From Promethearchaeota archaeon (GTDB lineage: Archaea; Asgardarchaeota; Thorarchaeia; Thorarchaeales; Thorarchaeaceae), in contig JBHLPF010000003.1 of assembly GCA_048939765.1 (NCBI GenBank), positions 1 to 64,000 on the forward strand: a stretch of 64,000 nucleotides of DNA, given 5' to 3'. Made by a program: the position numbers and the translations under genes. This document shows positions 37,625 through 47,343 of this stretch, in pieces; the stretch's first letter is position 1; each line of letters opens with the position of its first letter. The notes beneath the pieces are model-generated. The model did no database searches. It was not told the DNA's origin and saw only the letters and a program-made list of their open reading frames with translations.

Positions 37625-38656
37625 TCAGTGAATCCGTTCCAGCACAAAGTCAGCAACTTTGTTTAGAAGCCTGTCATTCTTGAGGTCAACCGCTTCGAGT
37701 GCACTCTTTGCGCGTTCCACATATGTCTTTGCCAACTCGGTGGCATGATGCACAGCCTCTGTTTCATCGATGAGCTGCAATACCGGGGCTAGATTACCTT
37801 CTTTCAAAGCCTCGATGCCCTCTTGGCGTTCTGCCTCTGAACTGACCTCAAGAGCGTGAACTAGTGGATAATTGCATCTTCTTCCCTTAATATCCGACTG
37901 GACGGTCTTGCCTGCAACCTGAAGTGAAGCGATTACATCTAGTATATCATCTCTTATCTGAAAACTGAAACCTAGCATCTCTCCATACTTGGTGAGAGCG
38001 GTTTTCTGCTCATTCGAGGCTCCGCCCACAAGGGCTCCAACTCTAGCTGCCTCTCTCATGAAGGTCGCTGTCTTGTGCTCTATCACTTTTAGGTATCTCT
38101 GGCGATTGAAAGAATCCGGGCTATCTTCGCACAAGAGGAAGTCGAGAGCTTCTCCTTCAGTCATTCGTATGCCGCCTCTTCCAAGATGAATTAGTAGCTC
38201 TGGTGTTGCCTGTTCGCCAATGATTTCAACTGCTTGGGCTATCAGCAAATCCCCAGCGAGCACCGCAATCTTTGCACCGAATTTCTGGTGAGTGGTCTCG
38301 ACGCCCCTTCGGACCAAGTCTTCATCAATGATGTCATCATGAACTAAACTGGCAGTCTGAAGTAGCTCCATTGCTAGGGCAAAAGGCAGGACCTTCTTGA
38401 CCTCTCCTCCCACAGCTTCGCAGCTTAGCAGTGTGATCAGTGATCTAAGCCTCTTTCCTCCAGCCAGGAGCAGGTGATGAGCGGCATCATAGAGGACTGA
38501 AGGTTCTCCCCTGTATTTGTCAAGAAACTTCTTCATCTCTTGGTCAATAAGATTCATTCGTGATTGAAGTGTGTCATCATTGAGTAGGTGCTCAACAGAG
38601 GTCATCTTCTCATCATGCTGAGGTCCTGTCGCTGTTCGTTTCTCAGATCCGCGCAA
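37625..38656 (-). CDS. trans-Polyprenyl diphosphate synthase (probably long-chain)
   Basis: GGKRLR, first Asp-rich motif TASLVHDDIID..RRG, KTA, and second motif FQIRDDILD. Confidence 0.92.
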   Translation of the reverse strand: MRGSEKRTATGPQHDEKMTSVEHLLNDDTLQSRMNLIDQEMKKFLDKYRGEPSVLYDAAHHLLLAGGKRLRSLITLLSCEAVGGEVKKVLPFALAMELLQTASLVHDDIIDEDLVRRGVETTHQKFGAKIAVLAGDLLIAQAVEIIGEQATPELLIHLGRGGIRMTEGEALDFLLCEDSPDSFNRQRYLKVIEHKTATFMREAARVGALVGGASNEQKTALTKYGEMLGFSFQIRDDILDVIASLQVAGKTVQSDIKGRRCNYPLVHALEVSSEAERQEGIEALKEGNLAPVLQLIDETEAVHHATELAKTYVERAKSALEAVDLKNDRLLNKVADFVLERIH

Positions 38657-38750
38657 AGCTCCATCTCCAAGACCCTTGCTATGGTCTTACTAACGCTCTG
38701 GAATGGCGATAGCATCCTTAAACGTTTCGGGATAAGCAAAGCCTTAGTTG

Positions 38751-38765
38751 ACTGAATCATTCAGT
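38751..38765. promoter_or_regulatory. Perfect 15-bp palindrome between the divergent prenyl synthase and menA genes
   Basis: ACTGAAT-C-ATTCAGT. Confidence 0.5.
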
Positions 38766-38801
38766 GAGATTCAGGAAGTCTTTTCTTGAGGGGCCAATGT
38801 A

Positions 38802-39866
38802 TTGACATTACTGGTAACTATGACCGAAGGCGATGAATCCGACCCAAGCATTCCTGAGAAACCTAGCAAGCTAAGAATTTGGATGCTTGAGATGCGCCTG
38901 CCCTTTCTAACTGGAAGCATCACTCCTGTCTTGCTGGGTACGGCAATGGCATGGAGCATGCATGGTGTATTCCTTTTGGATGTCTTTCTTCTCACTCTGG
39001 TAGTCGGGGTATGTCTTCATCTAGGAGCAAACATCAGCAACGACTACTTTGATCACATCAGCACAGCCGACGACATCAATGTAGAATACGTGCGACCATT
39101 CACAGGTGGCAGTAGGATGATTCAACTTGGATGGCTCTCTCCCCGTGAAGTTCTAGCAGGTTCGTTTGTAGCTTATGGAATTGCGGTCATTGTCGGGCTC
39201 TATCTCGCTTTCACACGGGATTTGCTTCTCCTTGCCTTCGGCATTGTTGGTGCTGCCTCAGGATTCTTCTACACCGCCCCTCCTTTCAGATTTGTGTCAC
39301 GCGGCTATGGCGAGGTGTTCATAGGACTGAACTTCGGAGTGCTCATGGTTCTTGGCTCCTTTTACGTTCAAGTTCTCACACTTGCTTGGGAGCCTGTGAT
39401 TGCATCACTCCCAGTGGCCCTCCTAATCACAGCGGTGCTATACATAAATGAATTTCCCGACGCCAAGGCTGACGAGGCAGCAGGGAAGCTGACAGTTGTG
39501 GTCAGGCTTGGCAAGAAGCGAGCCGCGACAGGGTACGGAGTATTGATGGCATTTGTGTACGGTACTCTGGTTTTTGGAATTCTTCTGAATTTCGTAGCGC
39601 TCTTTGCCTCAGTCGCTTTGACTACATTGCCTCTTGGGATATTTGCAACTCGACATGCGATAGCCAATCATAGCAATACTCCAGCGCTTGTTCCTGCAAA
39701 TGCGGCAACAGTGGTGAACCATCTTCTGACTGGATTATACCTCACCATTGCATATGTTATGCATGGGTTTGGACTGTCTCTTGAGATTGTTCTACTTGTG
39801 GCGGTTGTGATGCTTCTGGTTGTTCTAATGCAATATCGTAGTTTGAACACGCCGCCAAAGTCCTAA
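38802..39866 (+). CDS. menA: 1,4-dihydroxy-2-naphthoate polyprenyltransferase (UbiA family)
   Basis: RLPFLTGS, NISNDYFD, YTAPPF...GYGE and NEFPDAKADEAAGKLTVVVRLG. Confidence 0.9.
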   Translation: MTLLVTMTEGDESDPSIPEKPSKLRIWMLEMRLPFLTGSITPVLLGTAMAWSMHGVFLLDVFLLTLVVGVCLHLGANISNDYFDHISTADDINVEYVRPFTGGSRMIQLGWLSPREVLAGSFVAYGIAVIVGLYLAFTRDLLLLAFGIVGAASGFFYTAPPFRFVSRGYGEVFIGLNFGVLMVLGSFYVQVLTLAWEPVIASLPVALLITAVLYINEFPDAKADEAAGKLTVVVRLGKKRAATGYGVLMAFVYGTLVFGILLNFVALFASVALTTLPLGIFATRHAIANHSNTPALVPANAATVVNHLLTGLYLTIAYVMHGFGLSLEIVLLVAVVMLLVVLMQYRSLNTPPKS

Positions 39867-39876
39867 TATGTCAATA

Positions 39877-41094
39877 CTATCGAAGGCCCATTAAATCCAC
39901 GAATAGATCCTCTATATTGAGGACCTTGATTTTCTTGTCCCGCTTCTTTATTGCATCCATGAAATTCAATTTGCAGAACACACAGGAAGATGCTAGAGTT
40001 GTCGCTCCTACTTCCAGCGCCGTGTCTATTCTTTCAGCGGCGACATTGATTGCATTTTCCCCAAATCCAGCCTTGAACCCTCCTCCTGCACCGCAGCATT
40101 TTGAGTTCTCACGATTGCGATCCATCTCCACCAATTCGAGACCAGGAATACTTGCCAATACCTCTCTTGGAGCATCAAAGATGCCAACATGTCGACCCAA
40201 GTGACACGGGTCGTGGTATGTGACCTTCTCGGGATAGCTCCCTTTCCATTTGAGCTCACCTTTCTTCACTTTCAGTGCGAGGAATTGTGTTAGGTGCTGT
40301 GTAGTAAATGGAAGAATACCCTGCTTCTCGCGATAGAATTTTGGCCAATCCAAAGTGACTGTGCGGAAACATCCTGAGCATGAGAAGATGAGGTGTTTGA
40401 CTCCTCTCTTCTTGAACTCCTCAATGTTATGCATGATGATGTCTTCCACATGAAGTCTTCCGACGTACTCCTTTGTACCATCTTCATGCTCATCATATAC
40501 GGGCTTATCGAGCTGGCCGGTTCTGATGAGGGGGCTGCAACAGCAGTATTCGTCAGGACCCAAGAGCTGCGGTTTGATGCCGAAGTAGTTGAGCATTCGA
40601 AGAGTGGAGTCTCCTATCTCCTGCCTCTTGAAAGATGCTGTACAACCCACAAAATAGCCCCACTCTGAATCATCAGATATCTCTGTATCATCTTGAATCC
40701 AGTCCGCTCTAGTAGCGTTGTCTGCTGCATACGGATTCTTCACTTTGTGTACAAAGTCTCCCATCAAATGAAGACGTCCATATGGTCCCTTGCCCATCTC
40801 AACAAGCTTCTTTCTGACATCTTCTATAATATCCACATAGGGTAACTTGATAGGACATCTCTCAACACATTGTTCACACGTGCTACAGGCGTAGACGGTT
40901 CTGACGAATTCATCATCAATTGGCAGGTTCTGTTCCACATAGGAACGCAGAAGCCTCAGCCGGCCTCCAGCAAACATGGCCTCAGTACGGAACTCCTCGT
41001 AACTAGTGCATGTCCACCGACAAGTGGAGCAGTTAGCGCATAGCACAATCTTGTCTGGATCGAAGTCTAGTTCTGGACCGAATAGTTTTGGCAT
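39877..41094 (-). CDS. HdrD/GlpC-type Fe-S oxidoreductase (2x[4Fe-4S] + 2 CCG domains), copy 1
   Basis: CANCSTCRWTC, CSTCEQCVERCP, GC...CCC...CSGC and HDPCHLGR...CCGAGGG...CVFC. Confidence 0.92.
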   Translation of the reverse strand: MPKLFGPELDFDPDKIVLCANCSTCRWTCTSYEEFRTEAMFAGGRLRLLRSYVEQNLPIDDEFVRTVYACSTCEQCVERCPIKLPYVDIIEDVRKKLVEMGKGPYGRLHLMGDFVHKVKNPYAADNATRADWIQDDTEISDDSEWGYFVGCTASFKRQEIGDSTLRMLNYFGIKPQLLGPDEYCCCSPLIRTGQLDKPVYDEHEDGTKEYVGRLHVEDIIMHNIEEFKKRGVKHLIFSCSGCFRTVTLDWPKFYREKQGILPFTTQHLTQFLALKVKKGELKWKGSYPEKVTYHDPCHLGRHVGIFDAPREVLASIPGLELVEMDRNRENSKCCGAGGGFKAGFGENAINVAAERIDTALEVGATTLASSCVFCKLNFMDAIKKRDKKIKVLNIEDLFVDLMGLR

Positions 41095-42570
41095 CTAGCG
41101 TACCTCCTCTTGTGGAATCTCTAGGATATTCTTGGCTCGTCTGAAAATACTCAGCACTCTTCTAAAGTTGCCATTCATGGTGAACATGAGATTCATTCTT
41201 CTATACGTCATGTTGGAGTGGGTCAGCTTGTCAGGATTCATAATCCCTTTTGGATCCCAGCGGTTTCGAATTTCTTGAAAGCGATTATAGTCATCAGGCT
41301 GGAACTTCTTGAGATAGACCGTGTTCTGGAGACCAAGAGTGTAGAGCTGCCCGTCATGTTTGTAACCAAGTTTCACTAATCGGTGGAGCATTGTCTTACC
41401 AGCCATGAAATGCATCCAGTGCCTGTGGTCCGACGGTGCGAATAGACAGAGTCTTGCCCTTTTATCGTCACCCAGGACCAGATAGAAGCAGGAGTTAATC
41501 CGATACTTCTTTGCTATATTGTACATTCTTTCTGTTATTGGTTTGATATTCTCCACGGGTATCCAAAGATTCTGCATTGAAAGGGTTGGTACTTCCAGCT
41601 TTAGCTTCATTTCTACAATGAACCTGTCCTCCCAGCTCCGAAGGAAGTACTCCTCTCCTAGGTCCATCGCACCAGCTGTTTTGAAGATGCCACGGGCAGC
41701 CTTGACAGAATCCTCGACATCCAAGGGCTTTCCATCATAGGCGACCAGAAGAAAGTACCTTCCCTCAATAAGAGCTGGCAGTCCTCCAGCTACGCGCCAC
41801 TCATACTCTCTGTCAGTCAGTCTTAGATAGACTGGCTTATGCTTCAGTTGGCAGATCCTCTTTATTGCTTCAATTGTCTTCTCCAGATCGGCAAATGTAA
41901 ACATGACCCCGTCAAATGCTTCTGGCACTCGACGAATTTTCAGCTTTAATGATATCACAACGCCAGCAATTCCTGATGTGCCATAGAATACTTTCATATC
42001 GTCGCCAGTGATCGTTTCTATATGGCCTTCAGGTCGCACTACAGTCATCTCGACTACATTGTCCAACATATTTCCGTGCTTTGGAGTGCCTATTCCTGCT
42101 TTTCCCCCAATTGCGAGCCAGCCCGCAATTACAGATGCCACAGCACTCTGCGGCGCCACTCTCAGGGTGAATCCTTGCTTGCGGAGCTGGTTGTCAAGGA
42201 CTTCCCAAACGGCTCCAGCTTGGACGTGTACCCACATTTCATTTTCATTTATTTCAAGAATCTTGTCGAGGAGTTTTACATCAACCATGATTCCTCCTCT
42301 GGTTGGGCTTGCCGATCCATAATAGCAGGTGCCTCCTCCCCTTGGAATGACTGGTATCTTCTTTTTATTCGCCAATTCGAAAACTTGAGCGACCTGTTCT
42401 GCGCTTGTAGGACGTGCAACGTAGTCAGCTAGCCACTTCTTCTTCCATCGATAATGGTAGTAAGGAATCCCGGTCGTGTCACCACTAGCTGATAGCCTGT
42501 CTACCATATTGCCAGTTATCCACTCTACATCTTCCACTTTCTTCAAATCAATTGATTCCGTTTCGGTCAT
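41095..42570 (-). CDS. FAD-linked oxidoreductase, GlcD/Dld fold, copy 1
   Basis: IPRGGGT, VQAG, GTSGIAGVV and DPKGIMNPDK. Likely start MTETES follows a GGAGG RBS. Confidence 0.9.
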   Translation of the reverse strand: MTETESIDLKKVEDVEWITGNMVDRLSASGDTTGIPYYHYRWKKKWLADYVARPTSAEQVAQVFELANKKKIPVIPRGGGTCYYGSASPTRGGIMVDVKLLDKILEINENEMWVHVQAGAVWEVLDNQLRKQGFTLRVAPQSAVASVIAGWLAIGGKAGIGTPKHGNMLDNVVEMTVVRPEGHIETITGDDMKVFYGTSGIAGVVISLKLKIRRVPEAFDGVMFTFADLEKTIEAIKRICQLKHKPVYLRLTDREYEWRVAGGLPALIEGRYFLLVAYDGKPLDVEDSVKAARGIFKTAGAMDLGEEYFLRSWEDRFIVEMKLKLEVPTLSMQNLWIPVENIKPITERMYNIAKKYRINSCFYLVLGDDKRARLCLFAPSDHRHWMHFMAGKTMLHRLVKLGYKHDGQLYTLGLQNTVYLKKFQPDDYNRFQEIRNRWDPKGIMNPDKLTHSNMTYRRMNLMFTMNGNFRRVLSIFRRAKNILEIPQEEVR

Positions 42571-42584
42571 TACGTTCCAACCTC

Positions 42585-42998
42585 CTACATTAAGAACTGG
42601 ATGTATCCCATCACAAAAACAATAGTCCAGCATGTCAGAGCAGTTAATCCTGGCCATTTCACTCTGATTCCACTTATTCCTGTTAGAAACGCGAGTACTC
42701 CAAACAAATAGCCCACCGTTCCCAGAAGAATATGGACAAAATGGAAGATGTCCAATGCTGGATTATTGAGCAGTAAGCCAATCCTCGCATCAGGTAGAAT
42801 CACAACGATGTTGATAGTAGTCAATACGAGCGATAGTCCAGCACAGACGCCGTGTGTGAATGTGTATTTCTCCTTTGAGATTTGATATAGAAGCGTACCA
42901 ATGCCCAGCAAGATAATTGCTGGTAGTCCCAATAAGATTGTCAAGTGAAAGCTTGTCCCAGCCTGTAGCGGCTCAAACCATATTTGTTGACCGACCAT
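42585..42998 (-). CDS. Four-TM membrane protein with conserved His (possible heme b anchor)
   Basis: FTHG and FHFVHILLG. Similar to the C-terminal domain of 54288-55484. Likely start is MVGQQ. Confidence 0.6.
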   Translation of the reverse strand: MVGQQIWFEPLQAGTSFHLTILLGLPAIILLGIGTLLYQISKEKYTFTHGVCAGLSLVLTTINIVVILPDARIGLLLNNPALDIFHFVHILLGTVGYLFGVLAFLTGISGIRVKWPGLTALTCWTIVFVMGYIQFLM

Positions 42999-43035
42999 TT
43001 TACCACCCTTGCAGATTTTGGGCGGACGATATGGA

Positions 43036-44772
43036 CTAGTGCCAAATTCGTCTACCCAATCGTAGGAAAGGACCACCAATTGCCAGCATGAACGAGATAG
43101 GAATCATGTTAGCTACCTCGACCACAACTTCACCTATTACTAGTCCAAGTCCAAATGCGAGCAGCGCACTCGCCAAATCGGTCACTCCCAGCCACGGAAC
43201 GTAGGCATTCACGATATCAGGGACAATCCAGGTGACAAGCCATATGACGATGGGCACTGCCACAGCCACTGCCAGCATAATCAGAAGGTTGAATCGAAGT
43301 GATAGCTTCAGTGGACCGGAAAAGACCTTGTGAGGGTTCATGTACCCCTTTGGATCTGTCTGTTTCTTTATCTTCGCCATCTTCGCGTAGGTTTCCTTCC
43401 CGAAGTATGAACGAGAATGTGAGACATTCCACATGCCAATAGAATATGCCCTCCCATCATATTTGACACCAATGTCAATGACATCAAGAGAACGATACCA
43501 GCCCATCAGGAACGGTATTGTCCTGCGTTCATCATCCAAAAACCAAGTTAGAACCGCGACTTCTCCCCTATCGGACACTGCTCCTTCAGCTGCCCACTTC
43601 TCACGCTTAAAGTGGTCATCCATATGTGCCAAGAACTCATTCAATCGCTCAACAGGTACATAGACTTCGGAAGGTGCCAGACTTGGTCCCAATCGCTTTA
43701 TCCTCATTGGGTAGAATCGCTCATCCCACTCGTGATGCGCGATCTCTTCTGACTCCACTGTACCATTGTGACGTCTGACAACATGTTTGAGCTTCTCCAG
43801 TTCTCCAGCAATATCATCTTCAGTGCCTTCAAACGTGCAGAGAATTACCCATTCACCTGTTGTGTCGGGTGCTTGGCCAACTTCGACAAGCATACGGTGA
43901 AATGAGTCTGTGATGAAGTGCAAGTAGAACGGTCGTGTTGCCTTCAACAAGTCTGCCAAGGCTCCCTGCATCAAATTTCGGCTTCGGAAGGATGCGACAA
44001 CAGGGTGGATATTCCTTAGAGGAATTATCTTCAGAACGACCTTTGTGATAATGCCTAGAGCTCCATTACTGTCGATTAATAGCTCTTTCACATCATCATC
44101 TTGGGTTACATCGGCTTCTTGAGATCCCCAGACGTAACTATCATCACCTGGGAAATATTGGTAGGTCTTCCCTTTTGTTGTCACGATGTCATCTGGCGGG
44201 TCACTTGTTCTAAATATCCTGCCGTCTGGAAGAACAACTTCCATGTCAACAACCTGTTCTCTGATTCCTCCGTACTTGGTGCTGCCAATTCCAGAACCCC
44301 CGGCCGCAACCCAGCCTCCTACTGTGCTAGACGGTGCACTGGATGGATATGCCCCAACTGTAAGATCCTCGTCCTCCAGGATTTCAAGCAAGCGTCCCCA
44401 GATTATGCCTGAGCCAACTTCAACTGTCATGTTCTCGTGATTAATGTCGTGGACTTCGTTCATCCTAGTGGTTTCTATAACAAGTCCGCCTCTAGTTGGA
44501 AGAGCTCCCCCATATCCACTTGTTCCATGACCCCTGGGAACGACGGGTATCTTCTGTTCTATGCAATACTTCAGTAGATTTGATACGACTTTCGCGTTTA
44601 CCGGCTGAGCCACAGCTTCTGCTTCCGTGATGAGAATATCATTGACCAATCCAGGAAGCGCTGCAATATCATGAGAGTATAGTTTCCTCATGAATCCCTC
44701 AGCTGAGAAATAGTCTTCACCTGTGATGTCCGCAAGTTCCTGAACCTGTTTCGCTGTTAACACGCCTATCAC
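43036..44772 (-). CDS. FAD-linked oxidoreductase, GlcD/Dld fold with C-terminal two-TM anchor, copy 2
   Basis: PRGHGTSGYGG, YPSSAPSSTVGGW, GALGIITK and DPKGYMNPHK, then two hydrophobic helices. Confidence 0.9.
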   Translation of the reverse strand: MIGVLTAKQVQELADITGEDYFSAEGFMRKLYSHDIAALPGLVNDILITEAEAVAQPVNAKVVSNLLKYCIEQKIPVVPRGHGTSGYGGALPTRGGLVIETTRMNEVHDINHENMTVEVGSGIIWGRLLEILEDEDLTVGAYPSSAPSSTVGGWVAAGGSGIGSTKYGGIREQVVDMEVVLPDGRIFRTSDPPDDIVTTKGKTYQYFPGDDSYVWGSQEADVTQDDDVKELLIDSNGALGIITKVVLKIIPLRNIHPVVASFRSRNLMQGALADLLKATRPFYLHFITDSFHRMLVEVGQAPDTTGEWVILCTFEGTEDDIAGELEKLKHVVRRHNGTVESEEIAHHEWDERFYPMRIKRLGPSLAPSEVYVPVERLNEFLAHMDDHFKREKWAAEGAVSDRGEVAVLTWFLDDERRTIPFLMGWYRSLDVIDIGVKYDGRAYSIGMWNVSHSRSYFGKETYAKMAKIKKQTDPKGYMNPHKVFSGPLKLSLRFNLLIMLAVAVAVPIVIWLVTWIVPDIVNAYVPWLGVTDLASALLAFGLGLVIGEVVVEVANMIPISFMLAIGGPFLRLGRRIWH

Positions 44773-44774
44773 TC

Positions 44775-45962
44775 CTAAAGACCTAGTGCCTCCACCACAA
44801 TCTGGGATAAGTCCTTGAATTTGATCTCAGACTTCTTTTCCTCGATGCCATCTGTGAAAGACATTGTACAGGATGGACATTCACTTGCTAGAATCTCTGC
44901 TCCTGTCTTCTCAGCCTCTTCTATTCTACGCCCAGAGATTCGTACTGACATCATCGGATTGGTACCCTTTAGTAGACCTCCCCCTCCGCAACATCTAGCT
45001 TTGTTTCGGTTATGTTTCATCTCTCGAAGATCCAGCCCTGGTATCGCACTCAACACCTCACGAGCAGGATCATAGATCTCTTGATGTCGTCCAAGCTCAC
45101 AGGGGTCGTGCCAAGCGACAACATGATTGTAGGGCTTGGTGAACTTTATTCTGCCTTCATTCATCATCTTTTTTATAAACTGCGAAAACGACAGAAATTC
45201 CATGCCTTCTACAGATTCTTGCCCGAGAAGGTGCGGATACTCCTCAGAGAACGCGCGATGGCATCCAGGGCAGTTGAAGACTACTGTCTTGACACCCAAA
45301 TCCTTGAGCGTCGAAAGGTTATGTTTGGCTAGGCCCTTCGCCTTCTCAAACTCACCTGCAACAAAATAGGGATTTCCACAGCAAGTCTCCTCTTCTCCGA
45401 GAACTGTGAAATCGATTCCTAAATGATCGAAAACCTTGATAGTATTCTCTCCCATGAACGCTAGTGTTCCCTTGAATGAAATATTGCAGCCCGCAAAATA
45501 GGCGACCTCTGCATGCGCCATCTCTTTGTCTTCAACCAAGTCGTCGACCATGTCCGCCCAAAGCATTCTGTCGTATTGGTCCATCTCCATGATATTTTGG
45601 GTGTTCCTCAGAGACTCGTCAAGATATTTCACAATCTCTGGCCATTCTTCGAGATTCCCAACTTCGTTTCGAATCAACTGCCAGAAACGAAGCAGAGGTA
45701 TGTTTGTCTGGCAAATCTCCTGACAAGCGCCACACAGAGTACACTTGAATATCCTGTCAGCAAAGTCTGGAGGAATCTTCTGATTCTTTTTGACTAAATC
45801 CCTCAGTTGATACAGCTTTCCTCTTGGCGATTGTGAGTCCCACAGAGTATCTAGATAGGCAGGACATACAAACGTACAGAAACCGCACCTTGCACAGACT
45901 GTCGGTTCAATATCCAGGTTCTCTGCCTTAAGTTTTTCAAAGAGTTTGCTTCCCATCAACAT
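44775..45962 (-). CDS. HdrD/GlpC-type Fe-S oxidoreductase, copy 2
   Basis: CARCGFCTFVCP, CTLCGACQEIC, CCG...CPGC and HDPCELGR...CCGGGG...CPSC. Confidence 0.92.
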   Translation of the reverse strand: MLMGSKLFEKLKAENLDIEPTVCARCGFCTFVCPAYLDTLWDSQSPRGKLYQLRDLVKKNQKIPPDFADRIFKCTLCGACQEICQTNIPLLRFWQLIRNEVGNLEEWPEIVKYLDESLRNTQNIMEMDQYDRMLWADMVDDLVEDKEMAHAEVAYFAGCNISFKGTLAFMGENTIKVFDHLGIDFTVLGEEETCCGNPYFVAGEFEKAKGLAKHNLSTLKDLGVKTVVFNCPGCHRAFSEEYPHLLGQESVEGMEFLSFSQFIKKMMNEGRIKFTKPYNHVVAWHDPCELGRHQEIYDPAREVLSAIPGLDLREMKHNRNKARCCGGGGLLKGTNPMMSVRISGRRIEEAEKTGAEILASECPSCTMSFTDGIEEKKSEIKFKDLSQIVVEALGL

Positions 45963-45968
45963 CCCTCT

Positions 45969-46466
45969 TCAGGGCCAAGGCAATCCTATCCAATCAAGTA
46001 TTGGCTCCAGAATCGATTCGTGATAAACCGCGATCCCTCCCAATGCAGCGATTATGATTATCAATACTCCAGCAACAACTAAGCCTATCCCATAAGTGAG
46101 AAAACCTGAGGTCTTGTCCCACACTCTATCGCCAAGTCTGGTTCGAAGAATAACTAGGAAGATATAGATCTCTGTTGCCACAATTGACCAGAGAATCTTG
46201 AATCTCATATAGGGGTCAATTATCAGTGCAACCATTGGCCAATCCAAGAAGCCTGTCGCCATCCCTACGAAGAGGCCGATGAGTGTTATTATGCTTCCCC
46301 AATAGATGAAGACATCAAACTCATGAAAGATCCTTGCCATTCTTGTCCCGGGGGTTCTTATGCCATCTCGAAACACTAGCCTGAATACGATATTGAGCAA
46401 TGCAATAACCGCTACAGCTGCTCCTATGCCGGTATGAAAGTGTACAAAGACTGGATGTAGTGCCAT
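45969..46466 (-). CDS. DUF2231-like four-TM membrane protein (HPxxVHF)
   Basis: N-terminal LHPVFVHF motif, ATG in TM2 and C-terminal LGGIAVY. Confidence 0.65.
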   Translation of the reverse strand: MALHPVFVHFHTGIGAAVAVIALLNIVFRLVFRDGIRTPGTRMARIFHEFDVFIYWGSIITLIGLFVGMATGFLDWPMVALIIDPYMRFKILWSIVATEIYIFLVILRTRLGDRVWDKTSGFLTYGIGLVVAGVLIIIIAALGGIAVYHESILEPILDWIGLPWP

Positions 46467-46478
46467 GATAATCACCCT

Positions 46479-47120
46479 CTAGGTTCGGGCCCTCCTCAAA
46501 ACAAACAAGCCTAAGATGGCAAGCACCACTGCCGAAGCTGGAGTTATGGTGTACATCATCAGCTCCCATATGGCAATAAGCTCCTCCTGAGATGGTGTCG
46601 TTGGAGGGGGTGTTGTTGTAGTCGGCGGTGTGCTTGTTGGGGGACTTGTTGTGGCAGTGTTCTCTGCCACATCGACATTTATGTCAACACTCCGGCCTAC
46701 TCCTCCAGTTTCAGCAGACCAAATTCTGATTACGAAGGATCCTACCGTCCGAGGTGTAAATGTGATTGACGCTTGGATCTCTCCTACGTTTCCATTTGCA
46801 TCCTCAGCATCTCCATCCCAGACTACATCGTCAGAGATTGTGAACTCCCCATTGTCAGCAACTCCGTCTTTAATGCTGATTGCGATATGTTCTGTACTAT
46901 CGCTTGCGTCTATGATGAGCAGGAATGATACTCCCCTAGTTGCTTCAATCGTCCCAGTCGCATTCGTTGAAAGTGTAGTACCCACGGTTGTATGGCATCC
47001 CGCTTGTAGAGCGCAATTAGGATTGTAATCCGGTATAGCGAAAGAACTGCTCGCCAAGATAAACACTGAGATGACCAGGGTCGCTATAACCAAGGTCATT
47101 CTGCGATGCTGCTTCTTCAT
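46479..47120 (-). CDS. Surface protein with putative single c-heme motif (CX5CH), Ig-like domain, Thr/Pro stalk and TM anchor
   Basis: Signal peptide, CALQAGCH, beta-rich domain, TTSPPTSTPPTTTTPPP and TM-RRART. Likely start is MKKQH. Confidence 0.65.
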   Translation of the reverse strand: MKKQHRRMTLVIATLVISVFILASSSFAIPDYNPNCALQAGCHTTVGTTLSTNATGTIEATRGVSFLLIIDASDSTEHIAISIKDGVADNGEFTISDDVVWDGDAEDANGNVGEIQASITFTPRTVGSFVIRIWSAETGGVGRSVDINVDVAENTATTSPPTSTPPTTTTPPPTTPSQEELIAIWELMMYTITPASAVVLAILGLFVLRRART

Positions 47121-47343
47121 CTGGTTGTCTCCATTGGTTCTGAACAAGGCTCTATATCGAGTTCGTTCGTCGTTGGCCAAGGCCATGGTTTCAATCCGGA
47201 ACCACGCAACGCCATTTTAAGCATATCGGAAGCTTACATTGTAGGTTTCGAAAGCCGCCTGTTACGTCCTGAGACTTAACTCCTATCGAGAGGTACAATA
47301 CGTAAGTAATTCGAGTATCATCCACATTTTGGCTCTACAAGAG

